NCBI GenBank assembly: GCA_045627965.1
Contig: JAZQOP010000231.1
Location: 1-38,407, forward strand
DNA length: 38,407 nucleotides
Source of the DNA: Kiritimatiellia bacterium
GTDB lineage: Bacteria; Verrucomicrobiota; Kiritimatiellia; CAIQIC01; Lenti-01
Direction of reading: 5' to 3'
Below, in pieces: positions 1 through 7,704 of this stretch. The notes under the pieces are model-generated. The model was not told the DNA's origin. It made no database searches and saw only the letters and a list, made by a program, of their open reading frames with translations. The translations under genes and the position numbers were made by a program. The first letter of the stretch is position 1; each line of letters begins with the position of its first letter.

Positions 1-156
1 CCCGTTCGGAGAGCGGGCCCTGCCGAATGCCTCCATTTCACAAAAATTCCATCGAAAATCCGTCCTCGGGCTTCGCGAGAGGCGTTTGCCCGAGGCATTG
101 CAAGGAGGTTGCCGTCCTTCCGTCCGATTCCAACGGGCCACTATATTCCTCGAAGA

Positions 157-210
157 GCCCAAATCTCGCCCAAAACTCGCAAAATCCCGAGCGTTCCGCC
201 ATAATCTCAC
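157..210 (-). repeat. Intergenic repeat, copy A (54 nt)
   Basis: 157-170 and 181-210 are identical to 307-320 and 321-350; copy A has an extra 10 nt (171-180). Minus strand reads GTGAGATTATGGCGGAACGCTCGGGATTTTGCGAG... Confidence 0.85.
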
Positions 211-306
211 TCCGCAACCCGCCCCAAAACCGCCCCTCAGCCGCCTCCCGGCCGCCACTCATCCGTCCTTTCCCCTCACACCATCCCCTCCCCCGCCCCG
301 CCAAGC

Positions 307-350
307 GCCCAAATCTCGCCAAAATCCCGAGCGTTCCGCCATAATCTCAC
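307..350 (-). repeat. Intergenic repeat, copy B (44 nt)
   Basis: Exact 14 + 30 nt match to copy A, direct orientation, ~150 nt away. Confidence 0.85.
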
Positions 351-397
351 AAGGGATGGCGGGGGGGGATGGAAGAAACACAGGCGGCGGGGGGGAC

Positions 398-427
398 AAA
401 AAAAGGCGCTCCCTTGCGAGGAGCGCC
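398..427 (-). terminator. Intrinsic terminator after rpsG
   Basis: Minus strand: GGCGCTCC-TCGCAAG-GGAGCGCC hairpin (405-427) followed by TTTTTTT (398-404), 24 nt after the rpsG stop. Confidence 0.8.
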
Positions 428-450
428 AATGTGTGGGACCCGGGGACGGA

Positions 451-918
451 CTACCAGCGGTAGTGGGCGAACGCCTTGTTCGCGGCGGCCATCTTGTGGG
501 TGTCGTCGCGCTTCTTGATGCAGTTGCCCTGTCCCTTGTAGGCGTCGACGATTTCGCCGGCCAGCGCCTTCTGCATGGAAGCGCCCTTGCGGCCGCGGGA
601 ATAGTCGAGAATCCAGCGCAGGGCCATCGAGGTCTGGCGGACGGCCGGGACTTCGACGGGGACCTGGTAGGTGGCGCCGCCGATACGGCGGGACTTGACC
701 TCGACCTTGGGCTTGATGTTCTCCAAGGCCTGCTGGAAGACCTGCAGGGGATCCTCGTTCGTGGCCTGCTTGATCTCGTCCAGGGCGCCGTAGACGGTGC
801 GCTGGGCGGTGGACTTCTTGCCGCACCACATGAGGATGTTGATCAGATGGGTGACGAGCTCGCTGCCATAGCGGGCGTCCGGAGCGAATTCGCGGGTTTC
901 AGCTTTGCGCCTTCTCAT
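451..918 (-). CDS. rpsG: 30S ribosomal protein S7
   Basis: 155-aa ORF with typical S7 sequence ([27 protein letters not shown]-terminus), directly after rpsL. Confidence 0.97.
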   Translation of the reverse strand: MRRRKAETREFAPDARYGSELVTHLINILMWCGKKSTAQRTVYGALDEIKQATNEDPLQVFQQALENIKPKVEVKSRRIGGATYQVPVEVPAVRQTSMALRWILDYSRGRKGASMQKALAGEIVDAYKGQGNCIKKRDDTHKMAAANKAFAHYRW

Positions 919-930
919 GGTCCACTCCTC

Positions 931-1314
931 CTACTTCTTGGCGGCCTTCGGGCGCTTCGTCCCGTACTTGGAGCGGCCGCGGCGGCGGGATTCGATCCCG
1001 AGGCAGTCGAGCGTGCCGCGAACAATGTGGTAGCGGACGCCAGGGAGGTCCTTCACACGGCCGCCACGCACGAGCACCATCGAGTGCTCCTGCAGGTTGT
1101 GGCCTTCGCCGGGGATGTAGGCGGTGACTTCCTGGCCGTTCGTCAGACGAACACGCGCAACCTTGCGGAGGGCGGAGTTCGGCTTCTTGGGGGTCATGGT
1201 CTTGACAAGCAGGCAGACGCCGCGGCGCTGCGGACACTTTTGAAGCGCGGGCGACTTGCGCTTCGCGCGGAGCGGCGTGCGGCCGCTCTTGACCAGTTGG
1301 TTGATTGTCGGCAT
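931..1314 (-). CDS. rpsL: 30S ribosomal protein S12
   Basis: 127 aa starting MPTINQL, with [10 protein letters not shown] and [13 protein letters not shown] motifs. Confidence 0.98.
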   Translation of the reverse strand: MPTINQLVKSGRTPLRAKRKSPALQKCPQRRGVCLLVKTMTPKKPNSALRKVARVRLTNGQEVTAYIPGEGHNLQEHSMVLVRGGRVKDLPGVRYHIVRGTLDCLGIESRRRGRSKYGTKRPKAAKK

Positions 1315-1355
1315 ATTTTCTTTTTGTCCTTATGGGTTCCACACAAAACGCGCGA

Positions 1356-1384
1356 ACACTAGCAATCCGGGAGGCCTTTTGCAA
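1356..1384 (-). promoter_or_regulatory. Candidate sigma70-type promoter for rpsL-rpsG
   Basis: Minus strand TTGCAA-N17-TAGTGT, ~40 nt upstream of the rpsL ATG; weak -10. Confidence 0.3.
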
Positions 1385-1464
1385 TCCCCAAAGTGCCGGT
1401 GCGGCGACTTTCCCGCCAGGTGGCGGGGGGCGGCTGCCGGGCGGCGGCCGCCGAAAGGGTTGGG

Positions 1465-1737
1465 CTAGGCCTCGGCCGCGCCCTTGCGAAGCATCGCGCC
1501 GGCACGCGCCTTGCGGCGGATGGCGGTGTTCTTCGGGATGATGCCATGCTTGGCCGCCTTGTCGAGGACCGAGCAGAAGTCGCTGTAGGCCGCCTTCTTG
1601 GCCGCCTCGTCGGACGCCCCGACGGCGCTCACGAACTTCTTGCGCAGGGTCTTGATCTGGGACTTCGCCTGGACGTTGCGCTCGTGCGCTTTAGCGGCGG
1701 TCTTGACGCGTTTGATGGCGCTCTTGATGTTCGGCAT
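1465..1737 (-). CDS. rpsT: 30S ribosomal protein S20
   Basis: MPNIKSAIKRVK... typical S20 N-terminus. Start placed at the internal ATG (1737) preceded by GGAG; the upstream 19 codons of the tracked ORF do not look like S20. Confidence 0.93.
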   Translation of the reverse strand: MPNIKSAIKRVKTAAKAHERNVQAKSQIKTLRKKFVSAVGASDEAAKKAAYSDFCSVLDKAAKHGIIPKNTAIRRKARAGAMLRKGAAEA

Positions 1738-1813
1738 AGTGAATGCACTCCTCTTCGTCTTCGCGGGCCGCCGGGTGCGGCCGCTTCCTTGCAAATCCGT
1801 TGAAAGTCCGCTT

Positions 1814-1841
1814 ATAGTAGCGGGCTTTTTCCCGTTGTCAA
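1814..1841 (-). promoter_or_regulatory. Candidate sigma70 promoter for rpsT
   Basis: Minus strand TTGACA-N16-TACTAT, ~75 nt upstream of the rpsT ATG. Confidence 0.5.
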
Positions 1842-1944
1842 TAGCCGTTTTAGGATTTTCGGAATGTTTTTTGCGGCCTCCGCCGGGCGGGCCGGGCGGC
1901 GGCGGAGCACGAGGCGGTCCGGCGCCGCGGAGGGGGGCGGAGGC

Positions 1945-2658
1945 TCAGCGCATCTGGATCCACTGGCGCGAGGCGTAGCGGGCGCAGGCGCCTTCGGAGG
2001 GGACCGGGGCGGCCATCGGAAGGAGGGCGTCGGCCTGGAAGATGGTCGCAAAGGCCCCCTGGATGGCAACGGAAAGGGCGCCCTGCCGCCCGCCGCGCGC
2101 CCCCGGAAGCCGGAGCGCCCCCTGGTAAAGGGCGTGCCCGCGCCGATGCCGAAGCGCCCCGCCGAGGATCTTGCGCCCGGCGGCATCCAGCAAATCGAAG
2201 GCCACCGGCTCGCGGAAGCACTGCGAGGCCCCCTCCACGGACGGCCGGGACCGGTCCGCGGCATCGGGCGCGGCGGCGGGGACCGGGACGGCCTCGACGC
2301 CGGCCTGGCGGAGCGCGCCGGCCAGGGCGAGGTGGAACGTGCGGTAGGTCTCCGCCGGGTTCCAGGGGGCGTCGCCGAGGGGGTGGACGATGGAAAACGT
2401 CAGGTCGTCGTCGTGCAGGACGATCCCCCCGCCGGTGAGGCGCCGGGTGCAACGCTCGCGAAACGGGCTTTCCAGGACGGCCCGGACTTCGGCGAAGCGC
2501 TGGGCGTAGCCGAAGGTCGCGGAGGGCGCCCCGACGGGCCAGCGGTAAATGCGCAGGCAGGGGAACGGAAGGGCCGCGTCGAGCAGGGCCTCGTCGAGGG
2601 CCATCTGCCCGGCGACTTCGAGGACGGGGCTGGCCAGCAGCCGTGCGAACCGCGCCAT
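1945..2658 (-). CDS. Biotin/lipoate A/B protein ligase family protein (LplA/LipB-like)
   Basis: 237 aa from ATG 2658, with RRLTGGGIVLHDDDLTFS and GRKILGGALR motifs typical of lipoate-protein ligases. The longer tracked ORF (to 3105) overlaps topA and is rejected. Confidence 0.8.
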   Translation of the reverse strand: MARFARLLASPVLEVAGQMALDEALLDAALPFPCLRIYRWPVGAPSATFGYAQRFAEVRAVLESPFRERCTRRLTGGGIVLHDDDLTFSIVHPLGDAPWNPAETYRTFHLALAGALRQAGVEAVPVPAAAPDAADRSRPSVEGASQCFREPVAFDLLDAAGRKILGGALRHRRGHALYQGALRLPGARGGRQGALSVAIQGAFATIFQADALLPMAAPVPSEGACARYASRQWIQMR

Positions 2659-2665
2659 CGCCGAC

Positions 2666-5314
2666 CTACTCCGCCTTGCGCGACGAGGGCTTCCTGGGCG
2701 CCGGCAGGTCCAGCCCCGCGGACCGCTCGGCAAAGCCGGGGATCTGGTCGGCGTAGGAGGAAGCCATGCGGCGCAGGGCGTTGGCCTGCTTGAAGGAAAG
2801 CGTCCCGGCGCTCTCGAACTGCTTCTTGAGCGACTCGAAAAACGCCTTGTCGTCCCAGGTGCGGCCCTTGGATTCGGTCGGCTCGCGCCACTGGGCGACG
2901 TCGCCGAGCAGGGCGATGGTCGCCGCCAGCTTGGCCGAGACGTCGGCCGAGGCCGACGGGTCGGCGGCGGGCGCGGCTGCCCCGGATGCCGCGGCCGCGG
3001 GGGCCGACGGGGCGGCGGCGACGGCAAAGCCCAGCTCGCGCAGCTTTTCCGCGCCGCCGTCGATCTGCCCGGCGTAGCGGACGAGGATCTTGCCCAGGGC
3101 GGCAAACTGCTTGTCGCTCAGGCCGCGCCCGCCCTCGACCTGTTCGCGCAGGGAGGCGACGAAATTGGCGTCGTCGAACGTGCGGCTGCGAATCTTGCGG
3201 GGCGGGTTGAACTCCACCTTGGCGCACAAGGCCAGCGCCTGCCTGGCGCCCTCGGTCGGGGCGGCAACGGAACGCGCCTCGGGCGCGACGGACGCGACTT
3301 CGACGGCGGGCAGGTCGAGCCCGTCGAGAAGCCCGGCGGGGATCTGGTCGCGATAGATGGCCACCAGGCGCGCCAGCGCCGTCTTCTGGCGGTCGGTGAA
3401 GGCGCGCGTGGCCTCGTCATACTGGCGCTTTACGCTCTTGAAGAACTTTTCGTCGCTGTAGACCATGCGGCCGCGCGTCGTCGGGGCGCGCCAGGTCTTC
3501 ACGGCGCCGAGGGCCTCCAGGAGGCGCGCGATGTCCTCGCGCGAGGCATCCGGGCCACGCAGGGCCCCGAGCCACTGCTCGAACTGCGCATAGAAATCCT
3601 TCAGCATGCCGTGCCATTCGACGTCCCCCTCCTCGACCTGGTCGAGCTTGGCCTCCATGTCGGCCGTGAAGGCGACGTCGAAGAGCTGGCCCAGCTTCTC
3701 GACCAGGAAATCGCATACCTGCATGCCCAGCGGGCTGGGCAGGAGCGTCCGCTTCTCGCGCGTCACGTAGTCGCGGTCGAGCAGCGTCGAAATGATCTGC
3801 GCATAGGTGCTCGGGCGGCCGACGCCGTTTTCTTCTAGGGCCTTGACGAGCGACGCCTCGGTGTAGCGCGCCGGCGGCTGGGTCTCCTTGCGGTCCTGGA
3901 GCCATTCGACGACGGCCAGGGGCTCGCCTTCGGCCAGCTCGGGGAGCGACTCGACCACGTCGTCCTCGTCGCCGCCGTCGCCGTTCCCGTCCTTGCCGCT
4001 TTCGGCCATGTAGCGCTTTTCGAGCCCGCTGGCGCGCATGAAGCCCGGGAAGAGCAGCTCGCTGGCCGTCGCCCGGAAGACGGCCTCGGGCGCGTCCGGC
4101 GCCGCCGCCACCGCTTCGAGCTCCGCCGTGCGCAGGCCGATGCGCGCCGAGGACATCTGCGAAGCCATGAAGCGGCGCCAGATCAGGTCGTAGAGGCGCC
4201 ACTCGTCGTTCTCGAGCACGTCGCGGACCTCCGACGGCAGCCGCGCGGGATCGGTCGGACGGATCGCCTCGTGCGCGCCCTGGGCCGTCGAGCGGTTGCG
4301 ATAGGCGTTGGGCTTGGCGGGATAGAACTCGGGACCGAACTTCTTCAGGATGACGTCCCGGGCCTGGTCCTGGGCGGTCTTGGAAATCGTCGTCGAGTCG
4401 GTTCGCATGTAGGTGATGAAGCCGACCGTGTTGCCGTGGCCGAGCGAGACGCCTTCATAGAGCTTCTGGGCGATCTTCATCGTGCGCGACGGCGAAAACC
4501 CAAGCGCGCCGCTGGCCGCCTGCTGGAGGCTGCTGGTGATGAACGGCGGAGGCGCGTGCTTCTGGATTTCGCGCCGCAGGACGGCCTTGACCCGGAGCGT
4601 ACGCCCCGCCAGGTCGTCGGCCAGACGCCGCGCCAAGGCCTCGTCGCGGATGTCGGCCTTCTTGCCGTCGACGCGCGCCAGCCGGGCGACGAACGGAACG
4701 GCCGGCGCCACCTGCTTGGCGGCCTTCACGCCAAAGATCCAGTAGGGCTCCGGCTGGAACGCGCGGATCGCCTTTTCGCGCTCGCAGACCAGCCGCAACG
4801 CCACCGACTGCACCCGTCCCGCGCTGTTCGCCCCCCGGATGCGCCGCCACAGCACCGGGCTGACCTTGTAGCCGACGACGCGGTCGAGCACCCGGCGCGC
4901 CTGCTGGCTGTCGACGCGGCGGACGTTCAGCTCGCCCGGATGCGCAAACGCCTCGCGAATGGCCGGCGCCGTGATCTCGTTGTAGGTCACGCGGCAAAAA
5001 TGCCCGGCCGGGACCTTGCCCTTCAGGACTTCCCGCAGATGCCAGGCGATCGCCTCCCCTTCGCGGTCCGGATCGGGCGCCAGGTACACGCGGTCGGCCT
5101 CGCCCGCCAGCTTCTTCAGCTCGGCCAGCACCTTCGCGCGGCCCGGAATGTTGACATATTCCGGCTCAAACGACGGAATGCTCACCCCAAGCGACTTCTC
5201 CGGCAGGTCCCGCACATGCCCCATCGACGCCCGCACCACGAAGTCCGACCCCAGCAGCTTGTTGATGGTCTTGGCCTTGGCCGGGGATTCCACGATGACT
5301 AGATTCTTGCCCAT
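2666..5314 (-). CDS. topA: DNA topoisomerase I (type IA) with a non-zinc repeat C-terminal region
   Basis: MGKNLVIVESPAKAKTINKLLG Toprim N-terminus, ITYMRTDS active-site Tyr region. Start at ATG 5314 (GGAAAGG 9 nt upstream); ATG 5323 is an alternative. Confidence 0.95.
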   Translation of the reverse strand: MGKNLVIVESPAKAKTINKLLGSDFVVRASMGHVRDLPEKSLGVSIPSFEPEYVNIPGRAKVLAELKKLAGEADRVYLAPDPDREGEAIAWHLREVLKGKVPAGHFCRVTYNEITAPAIREAFAHPGELNVRRVDSQQARRVLDRVVGYKVSPVLWRRIRGANSAGRVQSVALRLVCEREKAIRAFQPEPYWIFGVKAAKQVAPAVPFVARLARVDGKKADIRDEALARRLADDLAGRTLRVKAVLRREIQKHAPPPFITSSLQQAASGALGFSPSRTMKIAQKLYEGVSLGHGNTVGFITYMRTDSTTISKTAQDQARDVILKKFGPEFYPAKPNAYRNRSTAQGAHEAIRPTDPARLPSEVRDVLENDEWRLYDLIWRRFMASQMSSARIGLRTAELEAVAAAPDAPEAVFRATASELLFPGFMRASGLEKRYMAESGKDGNGDGGDEDDVVESLPELAEGEPLAVVEWLQDRKETQPPARYTEASLVKALEENGVGRPSTYAQIISTLLDRDYVTREKRTLLPSPLGMQVCDFLVEKLGQLFDVAFTADMEAKLDQVEEGDVEWHGMLKDFYAQFEQWLGALRGPDASREDIARLLEALGAVKTWRAPTTRGRMVYSDEKFFKSVKRQYDEATRAFTDRQKTALARLVAIYRDQIPAGLLDGLDLPAVEVASVAPEARSVAAPTEGARQALALCAKVEFNPPRKIRSRTFDDANFVASLREQVEGGRGLSDKQFAALGKILVRYAGQIDGGAEKLRELGFAVAAAPSAPAAAASGAAAPAADPSASADVSAKLAATIALLGDVAQWREPTESKGRTWDDKAFFESLKKQFESAGTLSFKQANALRRMASSYADQIPGFAERSAGLDLPAPRKPSSRKAE

Positions 5315-5421
5315 TCCATGCATCCTTTCCTGTTTCCTAGGATTCCTGCGTCCGGCGGGCCGCCGCGAAAGCCCGAGCCTCCGCGGCCGATCCCGCATCC
5401 CGAAAAACCAAATCCGTCCCC

Positions 5422-6588
5422 TTACGCATCGTCCCCCTCCTCCGAGATGCCCGGCAGCGTCCACCGCCGCACCTCGTCCGCCAGCGCAAACTTGCGCCCC
5501 GGCAGGCGCCGGACGATGCGCTTCATCTCCAGCTGCATCGCCACCACCATCAGCTGGCCGACGTCCAGCCCCGTGCGCCGCACGACGACGTCCTGGTCGA
5601 CCTCCGGGTCGTTCCAGAGCACCTTGACGAACGCCGTCTCGACCGGCGAAAGGCGGATCTGCTGGCGCGGATCGAGCTCCTGCAGCACGCGCTGGCGCTC
5701 CGTCGGCGGAAAGAGGAACTCGAACTCCTTGAGGATGTCGTCGACGTCCTCCACCAGGCGCGCGCCGTCCTTCAGCAGCCGGTGCGGCCCCCGCGCCCCC
5801 TCCAGGTCGATGCGGCCCGGCACCGCGAACACGCTGCGCCCCTGCTCCAGCGCGTGGTCGGCCGTCTGCATCGCCCCGCTGTTCAGCCCCGCCTCCACCA
5901 CCAAGACGCCCTTCGACAAGCCGCTGATGACGCGATTGCGATACGGAAACGTCGTCCGGTCCGGCGTCCGGCCCATCGGGAACTCGCTGATGACCGCCCC
6001 GTGCCCGTCCGCAATCTCGTCCGCCAGCGCGCGGTTTTCCGGCGGATAGAGCTGGTCCAGCGCCCCGCCCAGCACCGCGACCGTCCGCCCGCCGGCCTTC
6101 AGCGCCCCGCGATGCGCCGCCGTGTCGATGCCGCGCGCCAGGCCGCTCACGATCGTGAAGCCCGCCTTCGCCGCGCCGTAGCTCAGCCGTTCCGCCTGCG
6201 CCGCGCCGTAATGCGACGCCCGCCGCGTCCCCACCACCCCAAGCGCCGTCGCATCCGACGCCGTCAGCGCCCCGCGCACATACAGGCAGAACGGCGCGTC
6301 GTAGATGTCGCGCAAAATCTGCGGATACCCCTCGTCCTCCTGCGTCACGATCCGCGCCCCGAAACGCCCCGCCAGCGCCTCCTCCGCCGCGACGTCGAAC
6401 GTTTCCGCCACCCGGCGCACCTCTTCCGCCACCTTCGCCCCCACCCCGCGGCCCGATGCCAGCCCCCCCGCCGACCCCTCCAGCCCCCCCGCTGCCGTCC
6501 CGAACGCCTGGCGCAGCGCGCGCATGCGGCTCGGACCGATCCCGACCGCGCGATTCAACGCAATCAACGCCTCGCGTTCGCTACGCAT
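5422..6588 (-). CDS. dprA: DNA processing protein DprA/Smf
   Basis: 388 aa; Rossmann-like DprA core (VVGTRRASHYG, IVSGLARGIDTAAHRGAL, GRTVAVLG); GGAGG 6 nt before the ATG. Confidence 0.92.
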   Translation of the reverse strand: MRSEREALIALNRAVGIGPSRMRALRQAFGTAAGGLEGSAGGLASGRGVGAKVAEEVRRVAETFDVAAEEALAGRFGARIVTQEDEGYPQILRDIYDAPFCLYVRGALTASDATALGVVGTRRASHYGAAQAERLSYGAAKAGFTIVSGLARGIDTAAHRGALKAGGRTVAVLGGALDQLYPPENRALADEIADGHGAVISEFPMGRTPDRTTFPYRNRVISGLSKGVLVVEAGLNSGAMQTADHALEQGRSVFAVPGRIDLEGARGPHRLLKDGARLVEDVDDILKEFEFLFPPTERQRVLQELDPRQQIRLSPVETAFVKVLWNDPEVDQDVVVRRTGLDVGQLMVVAMQLEMKRIVRRLPGRKFALADEVRRWTLPGISEEGDDA

Positions 6589-6682
6589 GGCGCACCTCCG
6601 GACCCGCCGTTACGCTGGTGATGACGATTTCCATGTTCAAAAAAGACCTGCATGCCGCGCCCCGTGGCGTCGGCGGGACGAT

Positions 6683-6711
6683 TCAATAACCCCCAAACCC
6701 CTCTTTGTCAA
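6683..6711 (-). promoter_or_regulatory. Candidate sigma70 promoter for dprA-topA
   Basis: Minus strand TTGACA-N17-TATTGA, ~95 nt upstream of the dprA ATG. Confidence 0.35.
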
Positions 6712-6724
6712 GCCAAACCGAAAA

Positions 6725-6759
6725 GAAAAGTGAACGGTCGTTTTTTCTCGACACTTTTC
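6725..6759 (-). terminator. Possible weak terminator at the island/dprA boundary
   Basis: GAAAAGTG ... CACTTTTC 8-bp stem with a 19-nt loop, followed on the minus strand by TTTTCGGTTT. The AT-rich stem and long loop make it weak. Confidence 0.25.
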
Positions 6760-6998
6760 GCCCCGAAACGCCCCTCTTGCGCCCGGCCGGGCACTTCCCG
6801 CATGGCCGCCCCTCGTCCCCGAAGAACGGGGACATTCGACAATCGATTACCTGGACGCCGGGCGGAAGTTTCCGCGCAATGGCTTGATAATCCGCATCGT
6901 CGTCATCTCCCCACGCGGTTGCGCCCTATGCCGCCACCCCGATGAGTACGGCGCGAATAACGTCTTTATGCCCATCATCCGATTCCCCTTCATCCCGG

Positions 6999-7687
6999 TC
7001 AATGGGTGGGGGGCGGGTCACCCGGAGTCCAGGCCTGCCCAGCATTCTCCTCCCACGGTCCTTCCTGCCCTTTGCGGGCCTTGAGGTTCTCAAGCCATCG
7101 TGGCATGCAAATGCCATATCCTCCGGCGGGAGCCATCCAGGCATACTCGGACAACACATCTTCGACTCTCTGCCGGGTATCCTCGTCTCCGCGCATCCCG
7201 ATCCAGTAGGCCTCCTCGAAGTCATTGAAGCGCGTCTTATCGCCGCATTTGGGGTTTGTCGCGGCTTCACGGACCCATTTCTCCCAGTTTTCCGGCATCA
7301 TGCAGATACCGATACCGACGCGGATAGCGATTTTGCGGACCGATTCATCTTCTGTCGTTCGCATCAGTTCCAGTACGAATGCGTTTTCCTTTTCGCCCCC
7401 GAAGTTTGTCAAGGCCCAAAGGGACCCCAACGCCGTCTCCCGTTCTTCCTCCGTGGCACCTTGGACAAGACCGCCCTGGATCAGCGCCATCAGATGCTCC
7501 GCCATTTCCTGTTTCGTCAGCCCCCCTCTTCGGCTAGGCGTTTCAAGTCGTCCGCCTGGCTTGGTCCGTCGGGATGCCTGCACATCAACATCGTGAGCTG
7601 TATGCACTCATCGAGCGACATCTCTTCGCCATATCCGTCCGCCACGCCGAACGCCAGAATCATCAAGGCAACCAGTAGCTTTTTCAT
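6999..7687 (-). pseudogene. Small secreted protein, reading frame broken at a G6 run (intact form ~229 aa)
   Basis: AGGAG-N6-ATG at 7687 opens MKKLLVALMILAFGVADGYG (signal peptide). That frame stops at 7517-7519, right after the C6 run 7521-7526. The tracked ORF 6999-7607 continues in another frame. Adding one G gives ...LAEEGGLTKQEMAEHL... Confidence 0.7.
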
Positions 7688-7704
7688 CTTATTCTCCTAA
7701 TGTT

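Noticed and set aside
272-299. G-quadruplex motif on the minus strand (GGGGCGGGGGAGGGGATGGTGTGAGGGG) between repeat copies A and B
   Set aside because: G-tract clusters are frequent by chance in a genome this G+C-rich, one loop is 9 nt, and there is nothing to tie it to a function.
38-322. Small ORFs starting in the repeats (MAERSGFCEFWARFGLFEEYSG..., 54 aa from ATG 203; MVEHWGFCISSGSMGPA from ATG 9872) and the tracked ORFs 27-344 (+) and 38-322 (-)
   Set aside because: The similarity between the peptides simply mirrors the nucleotide repeat. The downstream sequences diverge completely and the lengths differ (54, 25 and 17 aa). They are mentioned only as an alternative in the repeat finding.
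2659-3105. N-terminal extension of the lplA-like ORF (tracked as 1945-3105, 386 aa)
   Set aside because: The extension overlaps the 3' end of topA in another frame and is Pro/Arg/Ser-rich. The ligase homology begins at the ATG at 2658, 7 nt after the topA stop.
6815-6833. GTCCCCG-AAGAA-CGGGGAC hairpin as a terminator of the island
   Set aside because: No U-tract follows it on either strand. The AT-rich hairpin at 6725-6759 is a slightly better, though still weak, candidate.
6903-6918. Shared CTCCCCACG word at 6906-6914 and 9550-9558, considered as possible att-like direct repeats flanking the island
   Set aside because: The match is only 9 nt. On the coding strand both are simply GGGGAG Shine-Dalgarno-like contexts, and this is too short to distinguish from chance.
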